Assembly: GCA_965215505.1 (NCBI GenBank) | Contig: OZ244065.1 | Location: 4,544,001 to 4,608,000, forward strand | Source: Capsulimonadaceae bacterium | Lineage (GTDB): Bacteria; Armatimonadota; Armatimonadia; Armatimonadales; Capsulimonadaceae | Length of the DNA: 64,000 bases | Direction: 5' to 3' | Part shown: piece after piece, positions 8,868-16,956 of the stretch | How the letters are laid out: every line of letters starts with the position of its first letter | Numbering within the stretch: the first letter of the stretch is position 1 | Notes under the pieces: generated by a model | What the model was told of the DNA's origin: nothing | Seen by the model: the letters and a program-made list of their open reading frames with translations, nothing else | Database searches by the model: none | Translations under genes and position numbers: made by a program

Positions 8868-10362
8868 CAATCCTCCTGAACACGCATCGGCATCTCTACA
8901 ACTCGGCTCTGGCAGAACGCAAGTCGGCCTACGAGGCGGAGAAACGTACCGTGGGTTATCAGGACCAGTCGGCGCACCTGAAAACCACCCGCAAGGAGAA
9001 CCCGTACCTGGCTCTGGCAAACTTCTCGTCCTGCCAGCGCACATTGAAGCGGCTTGACCGAGCATTCGCCGCCTTCTTCCGCCGCATCAGAGATCAGTCC
9101 AAGAACGGTGACAGAAAGATTGAGAGAACGCCTGGCTACCCGCGCTTTTGTGGCTATGGCCGCTTTGACAGCGTGGAGTTCACGCAGGGCGACGGGGCCA
9201 GACTGACTGCCGATGGCCGCGCCTACTTCCAGAGCGTCGGCAACGTCAAGGTCAAGATGCACCGCCCCGTGGAGGGCAAAATCAAGACCGTCACGTTCTG
9301 CCGACAGGCAGGCCGCTGGTACGCCGTGTTCGTGTGCGACGTTGCCGACACTGACGCCGAACAGTCCGAGAACCCTGCCGTGGGGATTGACCTCGGCTTG
9401 AAGTCCTTCTTCGTGACCAGTGACGGCGCGGAAGTGAAGCCGCCGAAGTTCTACCGCAAGGCGCAAAAGAAACTTCGCCGCGTCCAGCGGACCGTGTCCC
9501 GCAAAAGGAAGGGCGGCACGAACCGCCGCAAGGCCGTTCAGCACTTGGCGCGTGTTCATCAGCACGTTGCCTGCCAGCGCAAGGACTGGCAGCACAAAAC
9601 GGCCCTGTCGCTGGTTCAGCGGTACGGGTTGGTCGCCCACGAAGACCTGAACGCGAAAGGCATTGCCCGCTCTAAACTTCCTGGGCTTGCCAAATCCACG
9701 CACGACCCAGGGTGGTCGCAGCTTCTCTCCGTTCTGAGGCAGAAGGCTGAAAGCGACGCTGTCCTCGTGGTCGGAGTGAACCCGCTCAAACATGGGAGTC
9801 GCTTCTTGTCGGCAAGGAGTTGTTGCATAAACTCGATCTCGCTTTCAAGGTCTTCAATGCTCATGTCTTTATATCGCCTGCCGTTGCCGTTGTTCCCGCG
9901 CCACAACTCTAAGTTTTCTAAACAGTTGTCGGTTTTCTCTCCGTTCTTGTGGTGTACGGTTTCCGTTGGCTGTAAATATCTGCCTAAGTGCGCCTCCATC
10001 ACAAGGCGGTGTTGAAACACATAGCCGTTTCTGGCATTAGGATGTTCGGGATTACGGACTTGAACGTACCCCCGTCTGTTGGTACGCTTGCCGCCTTTCC
10101 AGTTGAGATTACTTTCGCCACGGGGTTGAGGCTTGGAAATCTTGAATGAACAAGGCTGGCAAGTTCCCGATAGGCTGCCTGCTGTTATGCTAGACCTAAC
10201 CGTTGCCACTGACACTCGTTCCACTTTCTTGCAGGCAACACAGGTGCGTTCAGTGGCTTTCAGGCTGACCGCGACTTCAACGCGGCCAAGAACATACTTT
10301 GCCGTGGTACGGCTTTGTGCAGGGCGGGGACACCGCCTTTGGGAGCCAACGTAGGCCAGTAG
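8796..10362 (+). pseudogene. tnpB: TnpB RNA-guided nuclease pseudogene, frameshifted and interrupted
   Basis: LNKAFRYLLYPN start broken by a 14-bp tandem duplication (8821-8848); RuvC motifs GIDLG and HEDLN; C-terminal GFQADRDFNAAKNIL resumes at ~10255 after a foreign segment. Confidence 0.85.
9786..10245 (-). pseudogene. HNH endonuclease fragment (phage/homing type) lying antisense inside tnpB
   Basis: NWKGG...GYV...HRLVMEAHLGRYLQPTETVHHKNGEKTDNCLENLELW; visibly more AT-rich than the flanks; lacks its own stop codon. Confidence 0.75.
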
Positions 10363-10433
10363 GCTGCCAGTAGGCTATGCGTTTCCCAAGAAGCCGGCCC
10401 CTCTAGGGGTAGGAGTCGTCCGCAGACCCTTCA

Positions 10434-13139
10434 TCACGCAGACCCTTCATCTTGTGCCAGCGCGTAATCCACCGTCTGCTCCCAGTCCATTCCCTGCCCC
10501 GTGGCCCAGGCGCTGCGGAAGGCTTCCGTGCCCAGTGCCTCGCGCACGGAGGCGACGCGGCCGGCGAGTTCCTCCTGCTCCGCGGAAGTCGGAGGGTTCC
10601 CTATGGTCTCGCGCAGGCAGGTAGCGGCCCCTAGAAGCCGGGCGGCCCGCGATGACCTCCCCTGCGCGTGTGCCACCCCCGCCAGGCCCTCCAGGCTGTC
10701 GGCGGTGTCCAGCCTGCCGCCCAGGCGTCGCAGGATCGTCAGGCACTCCTCAAGCAAGGCCCGTGCCGCCGCCAGGTTGCCCTGCCGGAAGGCCACATTC
10801 CCGAGGTTGCTGAGCGCGGCGGCAATCCCATTTTCGTTCCCGAGGCGCCGCGCGATCGCCAGACTCTCCTCGTGCAAGGCCCGCGCGAGGGCGGGGTCGC
10901 CCTGCCGTTCGGCCACGACCCCCAGGATGTTGAGTGAGACGGTGATGCCGGTCTGGTCTTTCTGCGCCCGCAGGACCGCCAGGCACTCTTCAAGCAAGGC
11001 CCGCGCCTGCGTGTGGTCGCCCAGCCGGAAGGCCACAAGCCCCAGCCCGAGCAGCGAGTAGGCGACGCCGTTCCGGTTCCCGACTTCCCGCGCGATCGTC
11101 AGGCTCTCCTCGAACAGGACACGCGCCGCACCGCTGTCGCCCTGCTCGGAGGCCAGGATGCCCGCCCCGTAGAGCGCCCTCGCCCGCACCGGTGCCGCGC
11201 CCGCCGCCCCGTTCAGCCCCGCCGCCTTCGCGAGTGCCCGGTCCAGCCACTGACGCCCCTCGGAATGATTGCCGCGCACCGACCAGAGCCACCAGAGCGC
11301 TGCCGCAAGCCGCAGGCCCTCCGCCGCACCCGCCACCGACCGCTCCGCCGGACGCATGTACCAGAAGAGGCTCGACCGTAGGTTGTCGTGTTCCGCCTCC
11401 AGCCGCCTCAGCCACGCCGCCTCCTCCGGCCCCCGCGCCTCCTTCTCCGCCTCTTCCGCCAGCGCCAGGAACCAGGCCGCGTGGCGGCCGCGCACGGTTT
11501 CCGCCTCGCCGCTCTCTTCCAGCCGGTCGCGGGCGTACTGGCGCATGGTCTCCAGCAGGCGGTAGCGGGCCGTGCCGCCCGCCTGTTCCTCGTAGACGAC
11601 CAGACTCTTGTCCACCTGCCCCATCAGGAGATCCAGCACCTCGGCGCTCTCCACATTCCCCCCGGAGCAGACGTGTTCCGCCGCCTCCATGGTCCAGCCA
11701 CCTGTGAACACCGACAGCCGCCGCAGCAGAATCTTCTCCCGATTCGTCAGCAGGTCATACGACCAGTCGATCAGTGCCCGCAACGTCTGCTGCCGGGGGA
11801 GGGCGGTGCGGGAGCCGCCCGTCAGCAGGCGGAACCGGTCCTCCAGACGCGCCATGACCTGCTCGACGGGCATGGCCCGGACGCGCGCCGCCGCCAGCTC
11901 GATCGCCAGGGGGATGCCGTCCAGTTGCCGGCAGATCTGCGCCATGGCGGCGGCGTTGGAGTCCGTCACCGCGAACGACGGCTGGACGGCCTGGGCGCGC
12001 TCGGCGAACAGGAGGACGGCCTCAAACCGTGACACGGCCCCAGCCGTCTGCGCCTGCTTCGGGTCGGGCAGCGACAGGCCGGGGATGCGGCAGGTCTGCT
12101 CACCCGCCACGTTCAGGGCCTCGCGCGACGAGGCCAGGAGGCGGACGTGGGGACAGGCGCGCAGCAGATCCGACGCCAGTGCGGCGCAGGCGGGCAGCAT
12201 GTGTTCGCAGTTGTCCAGGATCAGGAGGAGGTGACTCGTTTTCAGCGCGTCCGTCAGCGTGTCCGCGATCGGCCGGCCTCCCTGCTCCTTGATGCCCAGC
12301 ATCTGGGCGACGATCTGGGGCAGCAGGGAGGGGTCGGAGAGCGAGGCGAGTTCGGCGAGCCACACGCCGTCGTTCCCCTCGGCGAGCAGGTCGGCGGCCA
12401 CCCGAAGCGACAGGCGCGTCTTCCCCGCGCCGCCGGAGCCTACGAGCGTCACCAGGCGCGACTTCCGCATCAGCGCCTTGATCTCCGCGACCTCACCCCC
12501 CCTGCCGATGAAACTGGTCGTCTGCTGGGGCAGGTTGTTGGGCGGGGCCGGGCCGTCCAGTGAGCGCAGGGGCGCGAAGTCGGTGGGCAGGGCAGGGTGG
12601 AGGAGTTGGAAAACCCGCTGCGGGCCTTTCAGGTCTTTGAGGCGGCGCTCGCCCAGGTCCTGGAGCGCCGCGCCGGGCGGCAGGGAGTCCCGAACCAGCG
12701 CCTGCGTCGCCTCCGAGAGCAGTATCTGGCCGCCGTGCCCCGCCGCCACGAGGCGGGAGACGCGGTTGAGGGGCGGGCCGAAGTAGTCCCCGCCGCGCTC
12801 CTCGCAGGCCCCGGTGTGCAGGGCCATCCGCACCAGGAGCGGCGTCGGCAGGCCCCACGGCTCGGCGCACAGGGAGGTCTGGGCGGCTAGTGCCGCTTCC
12901 AGAGCAGCCCCGGCGACGGCGAAGGCCGCGTAGAAGGCATCGCCGACGGTCTTGAAGACATGGCCGCCGCTCCGCTCGACGGCGCGGCGGAGCAGGACGT
13001 CGTGCCGCGCCAGGGCCGGGCGCATGGCGTCGGGGTGCGCTTCCCAGAGGCCGGTACTCCCCTCGACGTCTGTGAACAGAAATGTGACCGTGTCTGTGGC
13101 CGTGTCTGTGACCGTATCTGTGGGCATGGCGGCGGGCAT
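10434..13139 (-). CDS. Class III adenylate/guanylate cyclase - STAND ATPase - TPR protein (paralogue 1)
   Basis: FLFTDVEGST, KTVGDA, DYFGPPLNRVSRL; Walker A GSGGAGKT; LILDNCEH; GIPLAIELAAAR; four 40-aa TPR-like repeats. Confidence 0.9.
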   Translation of the reverse strand: MPAAMPTDTVTDTATDTVTFLFTDVEGSTGLWEAHPDAMRPALARHDVLLRRAVERSGGHVFKTVGDAFYAAFAVAGAALEAALAAQTSLCAEPWGLPTPLLVRMALHTGACEERGGDYFGPPLNRVSRLVAAGHGGQILLSEATQALVRDSLPPGAALQDLGERRLKDLKGPQRVFQLLHPALPTDFAPLRSLDGPAPPNNLPQQTTSFIGRGGEVAEIKALMRKSRLVTLVGSGGAGKTRLSLRVAADLLAEGNDGVWLAELASLSDPSLLPQIVAQMLGIKEQGGRPIADTLTDALKTSHLLLILDNCEHMLPACAALASDLLRACPHVRLLASSREALNVAGEQTCRIPGLSLPDPKQAQTAGAVSRFEAVLLFAERAQAVQPSFAVTDSNAAAMAQICRQLDGIPLAIELAAARVRAMPVEQVMARLEDRFRLLTGGSRTALPRQQTLRALIDWSYDLLTNREKILLRRLSVFTGGWTMEAAEHVCSGGNVESAEVLDLLMGQVDKSLVVYEEQAGGTARYRLLETMRQYARDRLEESGEAETVRGRHAAWFLALAEEAEKEARGPEEAAWLRRLEAEHDNLRSSLFWYMRPAERSVAGAAEGLRLAAALWWLWSVRGNHSEGRQWLDRALAKAAGLNGAAGAAPVRARALYGAGILASEQGDSGAARVLFEESLTIAREVGNRNGVAYSLLGLGLVAFRLGDHTQARALLEECLAVLRAQKDQTGITVSLNILGVVAERQGDPALARALHEESLAIARRLGNENGIAAALSNLGNVAFRQGNLAAARALLEECLTILRRLGGRLDTADSLEGLAGVAHAQGRSSRAARLLGAATCLRETIGNPPTSAEQEELAGRVASVREALGTEAFRSAWATGQGMDWEQTVDYALAQDEGSA

Positions 13140-13232
13140 GGGAGACCTCGTTTCATGCCGGGCTGCCGGGGACAAGATTCCCAGCGGCCCGGAGACCAGC
13201 AGGAACAAACCGCCGGGCCTGGGGGCGGGGGG

Positions 13233-15692
13233 TCATTCGACCACTCCGACCAGAAGGCAGACGTCGTCACGCGTGAAGCCGCCCGCCGCCGCCGCATCCA
13301 CCCCAGCGATCAGGTTCCGGGTCATGTGTTCGGCCACCGACCCGGCATCGCCGGTCTGCGCGCAGGCGACACTCCGCCCCAGGAGGTCGGCGACGCCCCC
13401 GATCCCCAGCAGCTCCGCGCGCGACCTGCCCACCTCCGTCAGCCCGTCCGTGAACACCGCCAGCGCGTCCCCGGACCCGAGGGCGACCGTCCGCTCCTCG
13501 AAGACCCCTCCCTCGAACGATCCCAGGACCGGGCCTGTCGGGGCAAGAGGCTCGACCATCCCCGCCTTCCGCCGCACGAGGGCCGGCTCCTGCCCGCAGT
13601 TCACATAAGTCAGCGTGCCCGCCGCGCTGTCATAGGCCCCGACGAACATCGTACAAAAGCCCGACAGGAGGCCCTGCGTGGCGAGGAGCGCGTTCAGCCC
13701 CCCGAGCGCCCCCGCCAGCGTCCGGGCGCGGTACAGGGCGTAGCGGAGCATGTTCCGCACCGTCGCCACCTGCGTCGCCGCCGCCAGGCCCTTCCCGGAG
13801 AGGTCGCCGACCACGAGGGCGGTGCAGCCCTCCTCCATGGGGAACACGTCGTAGAAGTCTCCGCCCACTCCCGCCTCGTCCAGCGCGGCCCGGAAGTAGT
13901 GCGTCAGCGCCATGCCGGGGATGTGTCCCGGAACGGCGGGCGTCAGGGCCGACTGGAGCTGCCGGGCGATGTTGCGTTCCCGCTCCGCCAGGCGCTCCCG
14001 CTCCTCGTCCAGCGCCCTGCGCTCGCTGATGTCCGAGAACGTCACCACGGCGCCGCTGACCGTCCCATGCTCGAGGATCGGCGCGGCGCTGTAGGCGACG
14101 GGGAAGGGGACGCCGTCCGCGCGCCAGAACACGTCGCCTTCCGCATGAACACTCTCGCCGCTGCGGAGGGCGCGGCAGATCGGGCACTCGGCCTCGGGGT
14201 AGGGGGTGCCGTCGGGCCGCGAATGGTGGATCAGCGCATGGTCGCTCCGCCCAATGACCTGAGACCGCACGAGGCCGAGCATCCGTGCCGCCGCCTGGTT
14301 GACGAAGGTGAAGCGGCCCTCCAGGTCGATGCCGTAGACTCCCTCGCCCGTGGACTCCAGGAGCTGCCGGTATCGCTCCTCGCTCTCGCGCAAGGCCTGT
14401 TCACTGCGCTTGCGGGCGCTGACATCCTGGTAGAACACCGAGAGGCCGTCCGCAGAGGGGAAGGCGCGGACCTCAAGCCAGGCGTCCAGGGGCCGGTAGA
14501 ACTCCTCGAACGTGACGGCGGTGTCCTCGGCCATCGCGCGGCGGTACTCGCGCTCGAACGTCGAGCCGAGCAGCCTCGGGTAGACCTCCCAGAAGTTGCG
14601 CCCGAGGATCTGGCCGCGCTTCTTGGTCATCAGCCGCTCGGCCTGATCGTTGACGCGGGTGACGTTCCAGTCCCGGTCGAGTGTGAAGAACGCGTCGGTG
14701 ATGCTCCCGAGGATGCGCGCCGTGGCCTCGGCTTCGCGCGCCAGGGCGCGCTCCTGGCGGGTGACCTCGACGGTCAGCCAGGTGTGTTCGACGGCCGTCC
14801 GGAGCAGTCCCACCTCCTCGGGCTTCCAGCGCCTCGGCTCGCCGCTGTGGACCGCGATGCAGGAGACGAGGCGCGCGGAATGCACCACGGGCACGGTGAC
14901 GTGGGCGCGGATGCCGATGGCCTCATACGCGGCGATGTTGCCCTCGGGGACCCGCATGGTGTCGGCGCGAACGTCATCCACCGCGACCTCCCGCCCCGCC
15001 GCGTACTCGGAGACGACGAACGGGCCGAAGGAGGAGATCGAGAAAACGCCCACGATGCTCGGCACCGAGTCGTCGGCGCAGTAGTCATGGGGGATTACGC
15101 AGGTGTCGGCGACGATGTCTATGTCGGCGAAGACGCAACGGGAGACAGCGAGGAACTCGCCCACCGAGTTTACGGCGTCGGCGATGACGGCATCCGGGTC
15201 GGTCAGCCGACGCGCCCGCTCGGCGAGGTCCGCCAGGAACCGCTCGCGCCGCCCGCGCTCGACCCGCTCGGTCGCGTCCTGGAAGAAGACGGCCAGCCCC
15301 TCGCTGGACGGGAAGACGCGGACCTCGAACCAGCAGGAGAGCGGCGGGAAGAACTCGTCGAAGGCCACCGCGACCTGCTCGCCGGCGGCGCGGCGGTATT
15401 CATGTTCAAACGTCGAGCCGACCGCCTCCGGGAACTCGTCCCAGATGCCCTTGCCCAGCAGGGCCGCGCGCGTGCGGGAGAGCAGGCGCTCCGCCTGGGC
15501 GTTGACATGGGTAAAACGCCACTGGAGGTCAAGAGCGAAGAAGGCATCGGTGATGCTGTCCAGGATGTGGGCGGCGCGGGCGTGAAGGAGGGCGCTCGTC
15601 TCGCCGACCGGTGCGGGTGTGGCATCGGGCGCGGCGTCGGACACTGCCGTTTCTCGGGTTGGGCCTGGGTCGGTGAAGGGGTCGGACGCCAT
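13233..15692 (-). CDS. PAS-GAF-PAS-PAS-PP2C (SpoIIE/RsbU-like) phosphatase
   Basis: Repeated ITDAFFxLD...VN.QAERL PAS units; GAF domain; VGGDFYDV, VGDLSGKG, FTDGLTE and DDVCLL. Confidence 0.9.
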   Translation of the reverse strand: MASDPFTDPGPTRETAVSDAAPDATPAPVGETSALLHARAAHILDSITDAFFALDLQWRFTHVNAQAERLLSRTRAALLGKGIWDEFPEAVGSTFEHEYRRAAGEQVAVAFDEFFPPLSCWFEVRVFPSSEGLAVFFQDATERVERGRRERFLADLAERARRLTDPDAVIADAVNSVGEFLAVSRCVFADIDIVADTCVIPHDYCADDSVPSIVGVFSISSFGPFVVSEYAAGREVAVDDVRADTMRVPEGNIAAYEAIGIRAHVTVPVVHSARLVSCIAVHSGEPRRWKPEEVGLLRTAVEHTWLTVEVTRQERALAREAEATARILGSITDAFFTLDRDWNVTRVNDQAERLMTKKRGQILGRNFWEVYPRLLGSTFEREYRRAMAEDTAVTFEEFYRPLDAWLEVRAFPSADGLSVFYQDVSARKRSEQALRESEERYRQLLESTGEGVYGIDLEGRFTFVNQAAARMLGLVRSQVIGRSDHALIHHSRPDGTPYPEAECPICRALRSGESVHAEGDVFWRADGVPFPVAYSAAPILEHGTVSGAVVTFSDISERRALDEERERLAERERNIARQLQSALTPAVPGHIPGMALTHYFRAALDEAGVGGDFYDVFPMEEGCTALVVGDLSGKGLAAATQVATVRNMLRYALYRARTLAGALGGLNALLATQGLLSGFCTMFVGAYDSAAGTLTYVNCGQEPALVRRKAGMVEPLAPTGPVLGSFEGGVFEERTVALGSGDALAVFTDGLTEVGRSRAELLGIGGVADLLGRSVACAQTGDAGSVAEHMTRNLIAGVDAAAAGGFTRDDVCLLVGVVE

Positions 15693-15749
15693 TGAATCAA
15701 GTCCAGCCTTGCTTGAACGATAAGGCATTATACCCGCAGACTCGGGGCG

Positions 15750-15788
15750 GGGCCTCATTTCTTCAGCGAGCGGCTCGGCTCGGTCAAC
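15750..15788 (-). repeat. Third partial copy of the ogg 3' end (LTEPSRSLKK*)
   Basis: 35/39 nt identical to 19904-19942 by manual alignment. Confidence 0.8.
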
Positions 15789-15809
15789 ACCGGCGTCGGA
15801 ACTCCGGCG

Positions 15810-16064
15810 TCAGGGCTGCGTGGCCCAGGCCAGACGGTAGATGCAGACAGAGGCGGAGGTCAGGATGAGCAGGATGACGCAGAGCAGATACCAGTCGACG
15901 CGCACCCGCCGCCGCTTCGCCGTCACGGCGGGTCCGGTTCTGACCCGCCGGCTGGGCAGGACCCGTGCCGGCACCCGCGCCGGGCGCACCGGGGCCGTGG
16001 GGCTTCCCGCGAACTCCGAGAGAGCCGCGCTGCTTTCTACTACTTTTGCTGTGCTGATCGCCAT
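15810..16064 (-). CDS. Small protein with a basic stretch and one C-terminal transmembrane helix
   Basis: GGAGG RBS; KRRRVRV followed by WYLLCVILLILTSASVCIY. Confidence 0.6.
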   Translation of the reverse strand: MAISTAKVVESSAALSEFAGSPTAPVRPARVPARVLPSRRVRTGPAVTAKRRRVRVDWYLLCVILLILTSASVCIYRLAWATQP

Positions 16065-16145
16065 CGTGTCTGTCCTCCCGTGCTTTTGATGGGGCCATTA
16101 TGGCACCCCGACGGGGGGAGGGCGGTGCGACGAGTCACAGCGATT

Positions 16146-16161
16146 TGTGATAAGTATCACA
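16146..16161. promoter_or_regulatory. CRP-type binding site
   Basis: TGTGA-TAAGTA-TCACA, a perfect CRP consensus, next to the crp-like gene and upstream of TGCCATAAT (-10, 16097-16105 minus). Confidence 0.7.
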
Positions 16162-16184
16162 GGGAATCAAGTATCACAGGGGGA

Positions 16185-16880
16185 TCATGTCGCGCAGCGG
16201 TGGCGCAGTGCTTGGGGGTCAAGCAGAGTCAGGCTGCTGCCGCTGGTGTGGATGAGGCCCGTCTTGCGGAGGCCCGACAAGGCGCGGGTGACACTTTCCC
16301 GCGTCGCACCGATGCGGTCGGCGAGTTCCTGATGCGTGATCCGCAGTGTGATCTCGGCTGGACCTCTGTCAGCGTTCGGGCCGCGATCGGGTGCCAGTTC
16401 CAGGAGTGCTTTGCAGAGCCGCCCCAGGACATCAAGCTCCTGGGCACTTTCCAGGGCGTCGGCGGCTTCGCGCAGGCGCTCGGCCAGAGTCGCCATGATC
16501 TGAGAAGCCACGGAGGGGGCATCACGGAGGCAGTGCTGGAATGCCGCCCGCTCGATGGTCAGACAGACGCACTCCGAGACGGTCACGGCGGAGGCCATGC
16601 GCGGCTTGCCGTCCAGCAGCGCGAGTTCCCCGAAATGGTCGCCCCGCCCGCGATACGCCAGATGGATCATTTCGCCGGACGCGCTGACTTTTTCGATTCG
16701 CACCTGCCCGGCCACGATGACATACAGCATGTGTCCCGGCTCACCGGCATGGAACAGCGCGGTATGTGGCGGATAGGTCCGGTGCCGCGTGAGGGATGCC
16801 ATTTCCCGCAAGGCCGGCTCGTCCAGTTCTTGGAACAGCGGGACGACTTTCAACGCGGACACGATTTGAGCCTGGTTCAT
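16185..16880 (-). CDS. Crp/Fnr family transcriptional regulator
   Basis: cNMP-binding FGELALLDGKPRMASA; HTH THQELADRIGATRESVTRAL. Confidence 0.92.
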   Translation of the reverse strand: MNQAQIVSALKVVPLFQELDEPALREMASLTRHRTYPPHTALFHAGEPGHMLYVIVAGQVRIEKVSASGEMIHLAYRGRGDHFGELALLDGKPRMASAVTVSECVCLTIERAAFQHCLRDAPSVASQIMATLAERLREAADALESAQELDVLGRLCKALLELAPDRGPNADRGPAEITLRITHQELADRIGATRESVTRALSGLRKTGLIHTSGSSLTLLDPQALRHRCAT

Positions 16881-16956
16881 CTTTTTTGCCCCATCCAGTC
16901 ACTAGTGTCTTCCCCTGCATAATCCATGCCAAATGTTCGCCAAGACTCCGCCCAGT

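Larger units (their letters stand above)
8230..10420 (+). mobile_element. Degenerate IS200/IS605-family element (tnpA + tnpB), ends approximate
   Basis: tnpA/tnpB genes; left subterminal hairpin CGCCTTTAGGCG (~8247-8258); right-end-like GAAGCCGGCCCCTCTAGGGGTAGGAGTCGTC (~10390-10420). Confidence 0.8.

Noticed and set aside
8864-10362. IscB/Cas9-like RuvC+HNH fusion
   Set aside because: The HNH is on the opposite strand and tnpB is frameshifted
10421-10451. 15-bp direct repeat (CGCAGACCCTTCATC) at the IS right end as a target-site duplication
   Set aside because: Both copies are on the same side and IS200/IS605 elements do not make TSDs; likely a local duplication
13085-13122. 12-bp tandem repeat encoding TDTV/TDTA
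   Set aside because: In-frame slippage at a flexible N-terminus with no sign of phase variation
12960-15695. 911-aa plus-strand ORF and many similar long antisense ORFs
   Set aside because: These are shadows of well-supported opposite-strand genes in high-GC DNA and have no motifs
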